From assembly GCA_000432275.1 (NCBI GenBank), contig HF995314.1, positions 42,313 to 106,312 on the forward strand: a stretch of DNA of 64,000 nucleotides. The letters run 5' to 3'. Both the position numbers and the translations under genes were made by a program. The notes under the pieces are model-generated. The model was not told the DNA's origin. It made no database searches and saw nothing but the letters and a program-made list of their open reading frames with translations. Within the stretch, counting starts at the first letter, position 1. Every line of letters begins with the position of its first letter. This document shows positions 1 to 9,657 of this stretch, one piece after another. The DNA is from Proteobacteria bacterium CAG:495. Lineage in GTDB: Bacteria > Pseudomonadota > Alphaproteobacteria > RF32 > CAG-239.

Positions 1-194
1 GGCAATATGCGCCGAGGCATGGTCGAGCAAAACTTTGGAACCGATGCGTACGGTTATGTCATTAATATCTATCATAACCGGTTTTATGGCATATGCGGTT
101 CAGACTGTCAAGAATTCTTGTCTGTCGGCAAAATGCAAAAACTTAGTTACTTTTTTAAAGTTTTGGGTTAAGTTGTCTGAATAAACTTTATATA

Positions 195-1631
195 TTGAGG
201 ATTTCGGTTATGAAACTAAATCAACTTGTTCCTTGCGACTATGATGTCGAAATCTGCGGATTGTCAGCTGATTCCCGAGAAATCAGGCCGGGGTTTCTGT
301 TCGGTTCGCTCAACGGAAGCCAATATCTCGAATCGGCAATAAACAACGGCGCGGCAGCGGTAATCGTGCCCAAGAACGACGATACGGCCGTTAAAGCAGG
401 CATTGCAGCTATTCCCGCAGCCAATCCGAACTTGCTTTTTGCCCGGGCGGCAGCCAAGTTTTACGGCGGGCAGCCGGAACACATCTGCGCCATTACCGGC
501 ACTAACGGCAAAACATCAATTGCCGATTTCATACGCCAGATTTTGACCATGATGGGGAAAAAAGCCGCCAGCATGGGAACCCTGGGCCTGATTAAAGGAA
601 CCGAAGCCCCTATTCCCTCGCCTAACACTACGCCCAACGCAGTTACCGTGCAAAGGGAACTAAGCGAGCTTAAAAACGAAGGTTATGAGTACGTCGCGAT
701 GGAAATGTCCAGCCACGGACTGGCGCAATACCGCGTCGGCGGCGTCAAAGTCAATGTTGCCGGTTTTACCAACCTGACCCGCGACCACCTTGACTATCAT
801 AAAACCTTTGAAAACTATCTGGCAGCCAAGATGATTTTGTTTACGGAACTTCTGGAAGAAGGAGGCGCTGCGGTTTTAAATGCAGACATTGAAGTTTACG
901 ACCGACTTAAGGAAAATTGCCTAAGATGCGGAAAAAGAGTCATTTCTTATGGATACAACGGCAAGGACATTAAGCTGTTGAAAGCAACGCCGCAAACTCA
1001 CGGACAGAAACTCAATATCATTTACTACGGCAAAGAACTGGAGCTTGACATTCCGCTGGCCGGCGAATTTCAGGCAATGAACATTTTATGCGCTCTGGGA
1101 ATGACTGCCGAAATAACCGGCAACAAAGACGAAGTCGTTAAATACGTCACAAAAATCAGAGGCGCCAAAGGCCGTCTTGAACTGGTCGGAACCATGCCAA
1201 ACGGCGCTGCCGTATATGTTGACTATGCGCATACGCCGGATGCCCTGGAGAATGTTATCAAAGCCCTGCGGCCGCACACCGCGGGCAAACTGCATGTGGT
1301 TTTCGGCTGCGGCGGCGACCGAGACGCCGGAAAACGTCCGATTATGGGCAAGCTGGCCAATGATTTGGCTGACGAGACCATTGTGACCGACGACAATCCG
1401 CGTACCGAAGATGCTGCCGGCATCCGGGCTCAGATTATGGCGGCCTGCCCCAAAGGCAAAGAAATCGGCGACCGGGCAGAAGCGATAAAACAGGCAATGC
1501 AAGCGTTAAACAAAGGAGACATCCTGATTGTTGCGGGAAAAGGCCACGAAACGGGACAATACATTAACGGAAAAATTTATCACTTCAGCGATCAGGAAGA
1601 AATCCTGAAAAACCTCAATGCAGGGTTTTGA
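195..1631 (+). CDS. murE: UDP-N-acetylmuramoyl-L-alanyl-D-glutamate--2,6-diaminopimelate ligase (MurE)
   Basis: Has the Mur-ligase P-loop GTNGKTS and a C-terminal DNPR (meso-DAP specificity) motif. The 478-aa length is typical. An alternative start at 210 (MKLNQL) is possible. Confidence 0.9.
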   Translation: MRISVMKLNQLVPCDYDVEICGLSADSREIRPGFLFGSLNGSQYLESAINNGAAAVIVPKNDDTAVKAGIAAIPAANPNLLFARAAAKFYGGQPEHICAITGTNGKTSIADFIRQILTMMGKKAASMGTLGLIKGTEAPIPSPNTTPNAVTVQRELSELKNEGYEYVAMEMSSHGLAQYRVGGVKVNVAGFTNLTRDHLDYHKTFENYLAAKMILFTELLEEGGAAVLNADIEVYDRLKENCLRCGKRVISYGYNGKDIKLLKATPQTHGQKLNIIYYGKELELDIPLAGEFQAMNILCALGMTAEITGNKDEVVKYVTKIRGAKGRLELVGTMPNGAAVYVDYAHTPDALENVIKALRPHTAGKLHVVFGCGGDRDAGKRPIMGKLANDLADETIVTDDNPRTEDAAGIRAQIMAACPKGKEIGDRAEAIKQAMQALNKGDILIVAGKGHETGQYINGKIYHFSDQEEILKNLNAGF

Positions 1632-1821
1632 TGTGATTAAACACTTCGCTGACAAAGGAACGATGGGCTCTGTTGACGGACTCTATTGAATGCGAAAAGC
1701 CCAAACGCTCAAGTTTTTTGACGATGCGTCCGTAATCATCATTCAGTTCGCTGATAAAACGTGTGAATTCCTGCTCGGACACGGGTTTATATTTAATATT
1801 TTGTTTCGTAGAGTTTGGCAT
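1615..1821 (-). CDS. hypothetical small protein (68 aa)
   Basis: Open ORF overlapping the 3' ends of murE (convergent) and of the GNAT gene on the same strand. No recognisable motif. Weak HicA-like resemblance (LERLGFSHS) was considered but is not convincing. Confidence 0.3.
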   Translation of the reverse strand: MPNSTKQNIKYKPVSEQEFTRFISELNDDYGRIVKKLERLGFSHSIESVNRAHRSFVSEVFNHIKTLH

Positions 1822-2440
1822 GTTTTATTTTCAGCAACATTGTTTGTTTAGCCTCTTCCGGCGTCAGGTTGGAAACGCCAGGCTTATTCTGCTTGTTGAC
1901 GGCAGAAGACTGTTGTTTCCGTTCATCATATTCCGCCCAATGACCAACCGGAGCATTGATGCGGTCAGGATGGTCTGTAATGCGCACGTGATTGTCGGGA
2001 ACATGAATCGGTAATGTGATTGCATAAAAGGTTTTGTTGGTCAGGTGCAAGGGAGGAGCATCAACGACGAGAGAAAATCCTTGTTCCTGCCAGTAAGGGA
2101 TAAGCTCTTTTTCACAAATGCCGTAGCCTTTGTCGTAACCCATCATTCCGGCAACGTCCAAGGCCTTTTTGAAAATGCGTGACGCTAAATCGGTTTTGCG
2201 GTATTTGGGAAGAACGCCCATTCTTTCCAATTTTGCAAAATCCTTAAACGGACGAAAGCGTATCAGGCCGACCGGCTCTCCTTCGTGTTGAGCCAAGATA
2301 AAAATGCTGCCTGCTTCGCTGGCATATTCATCTTTGAAACTAATTCCCTGTTCGCCGCCAAAGATGATGCCTCGCAAGTAGTTCAACTTGGCACTGTCTC
2401 TGTAGGGATCTGCTACATCTATTTCAATACCATCAAGCAT
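1793..2440 (-). CDS. GNAT-family N-acetyltransferase with about 70-aa C-terminal extension
   Basis: N-terminal 140 aa show a GNAT acetyl-CoA binding core (VGLIRFRP...LERMGVLPKYRKTDLASRIFKKALDVAGMMG). It is divergently transcribed from the LysR gene. Confidence 0.7.
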   Translation of the reverse strand: MLDGIEIDVADPYRDSAKLNYLRGIIFGGEQGISFKDEYASEAGSIFILAQHEGEPVGLIRFRPFKDFAKLERMGVLPKYRKTDLASRIFKKALDVAGMMGYDKGYGICEKELIPYWQEQGFSLVVDAPPLHLTNKTFYAITLPIHVPDNHVRITDHPDRINAPVGHWAEYDERKQQSSAVNKQNKPGVSNLTPEEAKQTMLLKIKHAKLYETKY

Positions 2441-2543
2441 CGGTTCGCCTTGACAAGTTTCAATAAATAGTTTAATTATTATTATAATAAAATTTATAGT
2501 TTAATGAGAAGACACTAATTTTATATAGCAGGTATATATTAAT

Positions 2544-3425
2544 ATGATTATAGCAAAAAAAATTACAACTATTAGGAGTTTATTTTACTTACTGGCGGCG
2601 GCTCAAGAGGGCAGCTACACTAGGGCTGCGGCAAAATTGTCAACACATCAGCCGGCTCTTTCCAAAGCGATAAAAGAACTTGAAATTTATACGGGATGCA
2701 AGCTGTTAAACCGGGTTGCACACGGCGTTGTTCTCACCGAATCCGGAAAACGACTCTGCGAAAGTGCCAACAAGATTAACGAAGTTTTGCATTACATTGA
2801 CAATTTTGCTTCCGACATCCAGCAGGTTTCGGGGAGCATCACGTTGTGGACGACGGACGGCTTCGGAGGTTTTTGCCTGCCGATAAACCTTAAGGAATTT
2901 TATAAAAACCATCCGAATATCTCCATTAACATCATCTGCTCCAACGAAGTTCCCAATATAGAGAAAGGCGAAGTCGACGTCGGCGTGGTTTACGAAGAGC
3001 CGGTTTCCAGCAACTCCTGCATCATTTCGCAGCACACAATGAAATTTGGCCTGTGCGCTTCCAAAGAATTTGTAAGCCTCAACGGCATGCCCGAAAACCT
3101 TGACGATTTGAGCAAAAACTTCAGTCTTTGCGACCGAGTCAATTATCAAACGGTCTGGCCGGAATGGAAAAACATTATAAAGAAAGCCAAGAACGTTAAG
3201 GTTCAGACCAATTCATCAGCCGTTTTCGTTCGTATGACCAAAGAAGGCGTCGGAATTTCACTTCAGCCTAAAATCGTCATTAAGGCAGAAAACGATTTGG
3301 TGCCGATTCTTCCGGAATTTGAACTTTGTCATGATTTTTGGATTATCAGCCATATCGGAAACAAAGACATTCCCAAGGTCCGTTCCCTGATTGACTACAT
3401 CAAACATATCAACGAACAAATTTAA
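2544..3425 (+). CDS. LysR-family transcriptional regulator
   Basis: N-terminal LysR HTH (LAAAQEGSYTRAAAKLSTHQPALSKAIKELE) and a 293-aa substrate-binding-domain architecture. Divergent from the GNAT gene in the classic LysR arrangement. Confidence 0.85.
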   Translation: MIIAKKITTIRSLFYLLAAAQEGSYTRAAAKLSTHQPALSKAIKELEIYTGCKLLNRVAHGVVLTESGKRLCESANKINEVLHYIDNFASDIQQVSGSITLWTTDGFGGFCLPINLKEFYKNHPNISINIICSNEVPNIEKGEVDVGVVYEEPVSSNSCIISQHTMKFGLCASKEFVSLNGMPENLDDLSKNFSLCDRVNYQTVWPEWKNIIKKAKNVKVQTNSSAVFVRMTKEGVGISLQPKIVIKAENDLVPILPEFELCHDFWIISHIGNKDIPKVRSLIDYIKHINEQI

Positions 3426-5380
3426 CGGTTGTTTTGAGCTTTGCCGTGCAGAGTGAAAACTTCCGCCTCAGGGTTATGTTTTGAGGTGAAATCGAGGCCT
3501 TTGCCTGCGGCCTGAGCGGCCAGCTTATAGAAATTGGCCCGCTCGGGATAAGTGCGGCGCTGCTCTTCCTGATGGCGCCGGCCGACAAGGCAGCTGGCGG
3601 TTTTATATTGACTCATATTCTGCAACTCTTTCAACAGGCTCCCCGAAAAAAGCCGGTTGATGCGCCGCTGCCGTTGTTCGCGAATAAGGCGGTAGGCTTT
3701 GTTTCGGCTTTCGCCCGGACCATAAATTGAAGACACCACCTTTCGATTATACGCGGCAATTCTGCCGTAATGCTTCATCAGCCCCATTATTATGCCGGTT
3801 TGGCGATTACAGACTTCGGCATAGGCAAATTCCATACAAGGCGCTTCTGCAACCTTTTGAGCAAAGGCCTCGAAACCGGCGGCATCATACCGGCGGTCCG
3901 GATTATGGGTAAGCTCGGCAAAACGGAGTATTTGTTTGAAATACGGCTTTTTATAAGCTTCAACCTGCCGTTCGTAATCCATATCGCTCAAAAAACGGGA
4001 CGTTATGCGCGAGGTCCATCCCAGATGGCTGAGCAACGAGGGCTCAATGCCTATGCGGCGGCTGCTCATAGCTTCTTCAACATAATCATTGACGGTTTTC
4101 AAATATTTTTCCAACCGGGAGCCGTTGACAAAAGGACTCTGCGCCACCTCCTCGGCCAGCACATTGACCGTTTCAATATTGGTCAACGGAGGCTTGTCGG
4201 TTTCTGGAACAGTATTAATCCGTAGCCGGCGCAAAACGGAAATTGCGCTTTCAGAATGCTTTTCGTCACCATGCCGGGGAAGCTGCCGGTCATAAAGCTC
4301 CAAATTCATCAGCAGACCGTCATCAAGGTTGTAGTCCAGCCCCCGAATCGCCTCCCGCAGTTTTTCCTTGGCCCGGCGGTGATGCTCGGGGATATCTTTC
4401 GCGGTGTCGTAATAGTCAACCATGGCGGCAATCAACTTATCGGTTCCGCAGCGCTGGTCATGGATACAGTCCCGCAGCGCCCCGAAAGTTCCGGAAAGGG
4501 TCAGACCGTCCCGGCGGTTGGTTTCGAAAACTTTAAAATCAGCGGTGGCAAACTCCTGTGAAACCAACAACATTTCATTAACCAGCGCCGGCGTGATTCT
4601 TGACGTTTTTGCACGATAATTGAAATCTCCGATGCCGTATTCAAACGGGTACATTCCCCACATATTTTCCTTTACAGAGAAAACCGGATTAATCTTGGCC
4701 TGAGGAATTACATTGCGAAGCAAGCCTTTCAGGAAGTCGTCGTTTAGGCGCCCGGGATCTCTGGTATAATTATCAAAACCGTCCAACAAGGCATAAAGCG
4801 TCTTACAATCGGTAATGTCATCGGCAACCGCCGCAGACATAAAACGAAGACAAAAAGCATCCCGCAGCGGCGTTGATTGGGAACGTCCGTAAATCCCGCG
4901 TATCACTTTGCTTTTTGACGAATAATCCCCCGCCGGCGCCTCTATTTTCTGAAACAGCATGGCATTCGTTTGAAAAAACTGCTCAGGAGTAATTTTCAAA
5001 CGCGCAGCTTTCATTTTCTTATAAAAATTGCTGATATTCAGAAAATCGTTGCCATAGAGATATTTATCCTCTTCGGAAATGGAAAATTGAGCATATATGC
5101 GGGAATACGCCGCCAACTCCGGCAAATCCGCCGGTGCCTGACGCAAAATGTCGCGATAAACGGAAAAACCGTCTATGCCGAAACGGGATTCCGGCATTTT
5201 GCTCATAAACAGCTTTTTGTAACCGAGGTTGTGCAGAATTTCCGCCACCTGGGCGGCCGCCGTCCCGGCATCAAACTCTTTTTCGGGAAAACGGAGCCGC
5301 AAAGCATTTGCGGTTTCTTCAAACAAACCGTTTTGCTGCCATTTTTTCAGATAAACAGGTATCCGCACCATCTTAACCAT
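3422..5380 (-). CDS. hypothetical protein, 652 aa, no recognisable domain
   Basis: Long uninterrupted ORF with no signal peptide. Convergent with the LysR gene (4-nt stop overlap) and divergent from the flagellar operon promoter region. Confidence 0.6.
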   Translation of the reverse strand: MVKMVRIPVYLKKWQQNGLFEETANALRLRFPEKEFDAGTAAAQVAEILHNLGYKKLFMSKMPESRFGIDGFSVYRDILRQAPADLPELAAYSRIYAQFSISEEDKYLYGNDFLNISNFYKKMKAARLKITPEQFFQTNAMLFQKIEAPAGDYSSKSKVIRGIYGRSQSTPLRDAFCLRFMSAAVADDITDCKTLYALLDGFDNYTRDPGRLNDDFLKGLLRNVIPQAKINPVFSVKENMWGMYPFEYGIGDFNYRAKTSRITPALVNEMLLVSQEFATADFKVFETNRRDGLTLSGTFGALRDCIHDQRCGTDKLIAAMVDYYDTAKDIPEHHRRAKEKLREAIRGLDYNLDDGLLMNLELYDRQLPRHGDEKHSESAISVLRRLRINTVPETDKPPLTNIETVNVLAEEVAQSPFVNGSRLEKYLKTVNDYVEEAMSSRRIGIEPSLLSHLGWTSRITSRFLSDMDYERQVEAYKKPYFKQILRFAELTHNPDRRYDAAGFEAFAQKVAEAPCMEFAYAEVCNRQTGIIMGLMKHYGRIAAYNRKVVSSIYGPGESRNKAYRLIREQRQRRINRLFSGSLLKELQNMSQYKTASCLVGRRHQEEQRRTYPERANFYKLAAQAAGKGLDFTSKHNPEAEVFTLHGKAQNNR

Positions 5381-5443
5381 TCCTGTTCAGGGTTTATACC
5401 CAATACTATACCCTCTTTTGCCAAACACGGCAACTGCAAAAAT

Positions 5444-5459
5444 TGGCACAAATATTGCA
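5444..5459 (+). promoter_or_regulatory. sigma-54 (RpoN) -24/-12 promoter, TGGCAC-N5-TTGCA, upstream of flgI
   Basis: Exact match to the TGGCAC-N5-TTGCW consensus at 5444-5459, about 44 nt upstream of the flgI start. Sigma-54 class III flagellar promoters are established in Alphaproteobacteria such as Caulobacter. Confidence 0.6.
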
Positions 5460-5502
5460 TATATTCCGTTTAGATTATTGACTTAATTTATGGGATCACA
5501 AG

Positions 5503-6630
5503 ATGATGATGCATCGAAATGCTATAAAATCTGCCGTTTTCTGCCTTATTGCGGCATTATCGATTTTTAACTGCGGGGAGGCTTTTGCCACTTCGCGGAT
5601 AAAAGATATTGCCGATTTTGAGGGCGTACGGGACAATCAGCTTATCGGTTACGGTCTGGTTGTTGGTTTGAACGGCACCGGTGACAACATCAAATCTGTC
5701 GACTTTACCAAAGAAAGTCTGATTTCAATGCTGGATAAAATCGGCATTAACGCCCGTGACGGACAGCTAAAGGCGAAAAACGTCGCCGCAGTTATGGTAA
5801 CGGCCAATCTGCCGGCGTTTGCGCGACAGGGCAGCCGCATTGATGTTATGGTCAGTGCGCTCGGCGATGCCAAAAACCTTCAGGGCGGTACTCTTCTGGC
5901 TACGCCGATGCAGGGTGCCGACGGTGAGATTTATGCCGTAGCCCAGGGACAAATTGCCGTCGGCGCGGTCAGTGCGCGCGGTACCAACGCCTCCGTCGTC
6001 AAAGGCGTTCCGACAGCCGGCAGAATAGCAAGCGGCGCCATTGTCGAGAACGAAATTCCGTTTGACCTCGACAGTCTGAAAACAATCCGCATTGCTTTGC
6101 GCAATCCCGACTTCACAACTTCCCGCCGGGTTGCCGACGCCATTAACGCCATGTTGGGAACGACAGCGGCTCAGGCTTTGGATCCGGCTACCATTTCGCT
6201 GGACATTCCCAAAAAATATCAGGGAAAAATCGTCGATTTAATGACCAGAGTGGAACAGCTGCAGGTTCAGCCTGACCAGCTGGCACGGGTCGTTATTGAC
6301 GAGAGCTCCGGCATTGTCGTTATCGGCAAGGACGTCAAAATCAACCGTCTGGCAATCGCTCAGGGAAATCTGACCATTAAGATTACGGACATTCCCTTTG
6401 TTTCCCAGCCTTTGCCTTTTTCTAACGGAACAACCGTCAGCGGCGTTACGACGGCCATAAACATCAACGAAGGCATTGACGCCAAACTGACGGTGGTCAA
6501 TACCGGCGTCAATCTACAAGAACTGGTTGACGGATTGAATGCTCTGGGCGTTACGCCGCGTGATTTAATCAGCATTTTGCAGGCGATTAAAGCCAGCGGA
6601 GCGCTGCAAGCCGAAATTGAGGTGATTTAA
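5503..6630 (+). CDS. flgI: flagellar P-ring protein FlgI
   Basis: Signal peptide followed by IADFEGVRDNQLIGYGLVVGLNGTGD. Full-length FlgI family, 375 aa. Confidence 0.93.
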   Translation: MMMHRNAIKSAVFCLIAALSIFNCGEAFATSRIKDIADFEGVRDNQLIGYGLVVGLNGTGDNIKSVDFTKESLISMLDKIGINARDGQLKAKNVAAVMVTANLPAFARQGSRIDVMVSALGDAKNLQGGTLLATPMQGADGEIYAVAQGQIAVGAVSARGTNASVVKGVPTAGRIASGAIVENEIPFDLDSLKTIRIALRNPDFTTSRRVADAINAMLGTTAAQALDPATISLDIPKKYQGKIVDLMTRVEQLQVQPDQLARVVIDESSGIVVIGKDVKINRLAIAQGNLTIKITDIPFVSQPLPFSNGTTVSGVTTAININEGIDAKLTVVNTGVNLQELVDGLNALGVTPRDLISILQAIKASGALQAEIEVI

Positions 6631-6631
6631 G

Positions 6632-6985
6632 ATGGAAGCATTAAACAGCGCAATGACCTTTGACAATGTCCTGTACGGGCTGAAAAAAGCCCCGCAGGCA
6701 AATGCGGCCGATCTGAAAAAAGAAAAGGATATGGCCAAAATAGAAAAGACGGCAGAAGACTTTGAAGCGTTTTTCATTACCAAAATGATGGAAAGCATGT
6801 TTGAAGGAATTTCCACCGACGGAATGTTCGGCGGTGGACATGCCGAAAAAATTTACCGCTCCATGCTTTTGGACGAATACGGCAAAGCAATGGCCAAAAC
6901 CGGAAGCATCGGTGTTAAAGACGAAGTTATGCGTTCTATTTTAGAAATGCAGGAAATGGAGACCAACGGATATATTCAAGGATAA
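6632..6985 (+). CDS. flgJ: flagellar rod-binding protein (FlgJ N-terminal domain type / CheL-like)
   Basis: 117-aa Rod_binding-type sequence (EAFFITKMMESMFEGI...GGHAEKIYRSMLLDEYGKAMAK) immediately after flgI, as in Alphaproteobacteria. Confidence 0.75.
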   Translation: MEALNSAMTFDNVLYGLKKAPQANAADLKKEKDMAKIEKTAEDFEAFFITKMMESMFEGISTDGMFGGGHAEKIYRSMLLDEYGKAMAKTGSIGVKDEVMRSILEMQEMETNGYIQG

Positions 6986-6996
6986 GGAGAAAAGCT

Positions 6997-7449
6997 ATGG
7001 AAGAATTACATACGACAGAAGTCAGCTCCAAAATTGCCGATTTTAAGGAAATCGTGACCAGTTTTTCCGAATTGCTGACATTGGAAAACAAGGCGCTTGA
7101 AGAGTTTGACGTGGAAACCGTAAGCAGCCTTTATGAACGCAAAGCCAAAACAATCAGCGCTTATCGTTCTCTGGTGGCCTATTTTATCAAAAACCAGCAG
7201 GAACTTGCAGCCCTGGCGGAACAAGAGCGGCAGGAAATGAAAGAAATTTCGACACGGCTGGACGAGCTTATCAAAACAAACGAACAGTTATTGAAGACCA
7301 GAATGGAAACCAGCAAAAACGTCATGGACACCATTGTCAATATTGCCAAGGTCAGCAATAACATCAACGCAACTTCTTACGGAGCGCAAGGACGATACAG
7401 TCCGCTGGACAACAGCAAGAATGCGCTGGCCGTCAACAGAACTTTGTAG
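6997..7449 (+). CDS. flagellar-operon protein, helical, FlgN-like (assignment uncertain)
   Basis: 150-aa helical, low-complexity protein between flgJ and flgK with 10-nt spacings and its own RBS (AAGGAGA). Confidence 0.5.
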   Translation: MEELHTTEVSSKIADFKEIVTSFSELLTLENKALEEFDVETVSSLYERKAKTISAYRSLVAYFIKNQQELAALAEQERQEMKEISTRLDELIKTNEQLLKTRMETSKNVMDTIVNIAKVSNNINATSYGAQGRYSPLDNSKNALAVNRTL

Positions 7450-7458
7450 GAGGGGACC

Positions 7459-9642
7459 ATGGCTTTAATACCTTCACTCGGAACGGCTCTCAGCGGAATG
7501 AAAACCGCCCAATCGCAGCTCAGCATCATCAGCAGCAACGTTGCCAATGTTGACACGGAAGGCTATACCCGCAAGATTGCCCAACAAAAAAACGTCATTC
7601 TGGCCGGATACAGCCAAGGCGTATCAATCGGGGAAGTTACCCGCAAAGTTAACGAAGGCCTGCTGAAAAGTTATCTGGCTGCCAATTCTCTGAACGGCAA
7701 CCTCGCTGCGCAAAACAGCTACCTGAGCAAAACCGAAATCCTGCTGGGAACGCCGGAAGGCGAAAACTCGGTTTCCGCCAATGTAGCAGCCTTGCAAACG
7801 GCGTTTGATTCCTTTGCTTCCGACGTTACCTCTTCCGCCGGCCGCTATAACCTTTTAAATCAGGCCGATACGCTGACCAGCCGGATGAACTACATTTCGG
7901 AAGAAATCCAAAAACTGCGCGGCGACGCAGATATGAACATTGCCGCCGACGTTGATGAAATCAACAAGCTTCTGGATACGCTTGACAACCTGAACGACCA
8001 GATTGTCAAATATACCCTTCTCGGCTACGACGGAACCGCCGATTTGCTCGACCAGCGCGATCAGGCGCTGCGTTCGCTCAGCGAAAAAATGGACATTACC
8101 TATTTTAAGAGGGACAACGGCGAAATCGTGGTTCAGACAACCAACGGCATTACCCTGCTTGACAATGATCCGCATTATCTGTCGCACAACGCCGTCGCAC
8201 AGGCCAGTCCTACGACAACATACGCTGCAGGCGGCATCGACGGTATTTATGTCAACGGGGAAGACATTACCGCTTCAATCAAAGACGGTTCAATCAAGGG
8301 GCTGATTGAAGTGCGCGACGTGATTTTGCCTTCGCTGCAGTCACAGTTGGACGAGTTGGCGGGAGCCTTAAAGGCGCAAATCAACTCCGTTCACAACCAA
8401 GGTACCGCATATCCCAATACGCCCAGCGAACTGACCGGTACCAGAACCTTCATTGACCCAGACAAGCAGCAAATCAAAATTGCCGAGGGCGACGTTCGTT
8501 TTGTGATTTTTGACACCAACGGCAAACAGGTTGCCACAACCTCGCTTAAAGGCGGCATCGGGTTTGACAGCGGTTCGATTTCCGAAATGGCGCAAGAAAT
8601 TCAGGACTGGCTGCGTTCAGCCGACGGTCCTAACCTGCCCCAAGCGGAAGTCGGCGTTGATAAAAACGGCAAGCTCTTTATTAATACGGGTGACAGCAAC
8701 TACACTTTCTCGATTATCGATGAAGCGGGTTCTGCCGCGGGAACAGCCCAACAACCGGCCAAAATAGAGTTTGATTCCAACGGTAACGGTTTATATGACC
8801 GCGAGTTTGAAGGATTTTCAAGCTTTTTCGGCTTAAATGACTTCTTTGTCGACAACAGCAGCGAATCCGTTTATGATTCCAAAGTTATGAGCCGTTCGGT
8901 CAATCTGGGGCTTAAAGATACGGTAACCTTAAGTTTTTCCAACAGTTCGAGCGGTCTCAACTTCGGAACGATTACGATCAGCCCGAACGACAGTCTGCAA
9001 GACATTGTAAACTCCATTAATGAAAATCCGGCCCTGAACGGACAAATCAGTGCCGCTTTGGTTCCCAACGGAGACGGCTATATGCTGCGGATTTCGAACG
9101 CTTCCGGCGAACAGCTTGAAATTGCCGAAAACGTAGCTCCGGGCGCACAGCCTTCCAACCTGCTGGAAAAAATCGGTTTACAGCCTTCTAACGTCAATGC
9201 GGCAATTTCGCTGGACATCCGCAGCGATTTGCAGACTTCGCCGGAAAAAATTGCGGGCGGTTCTCCGCAGTTTGACAGCGCAACCGGAGAATATGTCCAA
9301 AGCCCGGCAGCCAACAACATCGCCAATGCCTTGGGCGAAGTATTCTCGGCTTCGTTTGACTTCAAACAATCGGGAACGATTGCGCAGACCAAAACCAGCC
9401 TGTCCAATTACGCGGCAACGTTTGTCGGCAATATTGCCTCTCAGACCAGCAACTCGGAAGCCTCTTTGAGCTATCAGACCGAACTGACCAATTCCATTTC
9501 GTTAAAAGAAGCGCAAATCAGCGGCGTCGATATTGATGAAGAATTGGGACAAATGATTATATTTCAACAAACATATGCGGCTTGCGCCCAGGCATTCACC
9601 GCCTCCAAAGAAATTTTGGATATGTTGTTGAGCATCGTATAA
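7459..9642 (+). CDS. flgK: flagellar hook-associated protein 1 FlgK
   Basis: N-terminus MALIPSLGTALSGMKTAQSQLSIISSNVANVDTEGYTRK and C-terminal IIFQQTYAACAQAFTAS helices typical of FlgK. Confidence 0.9.
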   Translation: MALIPSLGTALSGMKTAQSQLSIISSNVANVDTEGYTRKIAQQKNVILAGYSQGVSIGEVTRKVNEGLLKSYLAANSLNGNLAAQNSYLSKTEILLGTPEGENSVSANVAALQTAFDSFASDVTSSAGRYNLLNQADTLTSRMNYISEEIQKLRGDADMNIAADVDEINKLLDTLDNLNDQIVKYTLLGYDGTADLLDQRDQALRSLSEKMDITYFKRDNGEIVVQTTNGITLLDNDPHYLSHNAVAQASPTTTYAAGGIDGIYVNGEDITASIKDGSIKGLIEVRDVILPSLQSQLDELAGALKAQINSVHNQGTAYPNTPSELTGTRTFIDPDKQQIKIAEGDVRFVIFDTNGKQVATTSLKGGIGFDSGSISEMAQEIQDWLRSADGPNLPQAEVGVDKNGKLFINTGDSNYTFSIIDEAGSAAGTAQQPAKIEFDSNGNGLYDREFEGFSSFFGLNDFFVDNSSESVYDSKVMSRSVNLGLKDTVTLSFSNSSSGLNFGTITISPNDSLQDIVNSINENPALNGQISAALVPNGDGYMLRISNASGEQLEIAENVAPGAQPSNLLEKIGLQPSNVNAAISLDIRSDLQTSPEKIAGGSPQFDSATGEYVQSPAANNIANALGEVFSASFDFKQSGTIAQTKTSLSNYAATFVGNIASQTSNSEASLSYQTELTNSISLKEAQISGVDIDEELGQMIIFQQTYAACAQAFTASKEILDMLLSIV

Positions 9643-9657
9643 TAAGGAGATTTTACC

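Noticed and set aside
1-171. Partial ORF running in from the left edge (…GICGSDCQEFLSVGKMQKLSYFFKVLG*)
   Set aside because: It is too short and featureless to call. It does not resemble the FtsI C-terminus that would be expected upstream of murE in a dcw cluster.
1615-1821. HicA-like toxin assignment for the 68-aa ORF
   Set aside because: Only a vague LERLGFSHS resemblance. There is no partner HicB antitoxin gene and no conserved G-x-H catalytic context. Kept as hypothetical only.
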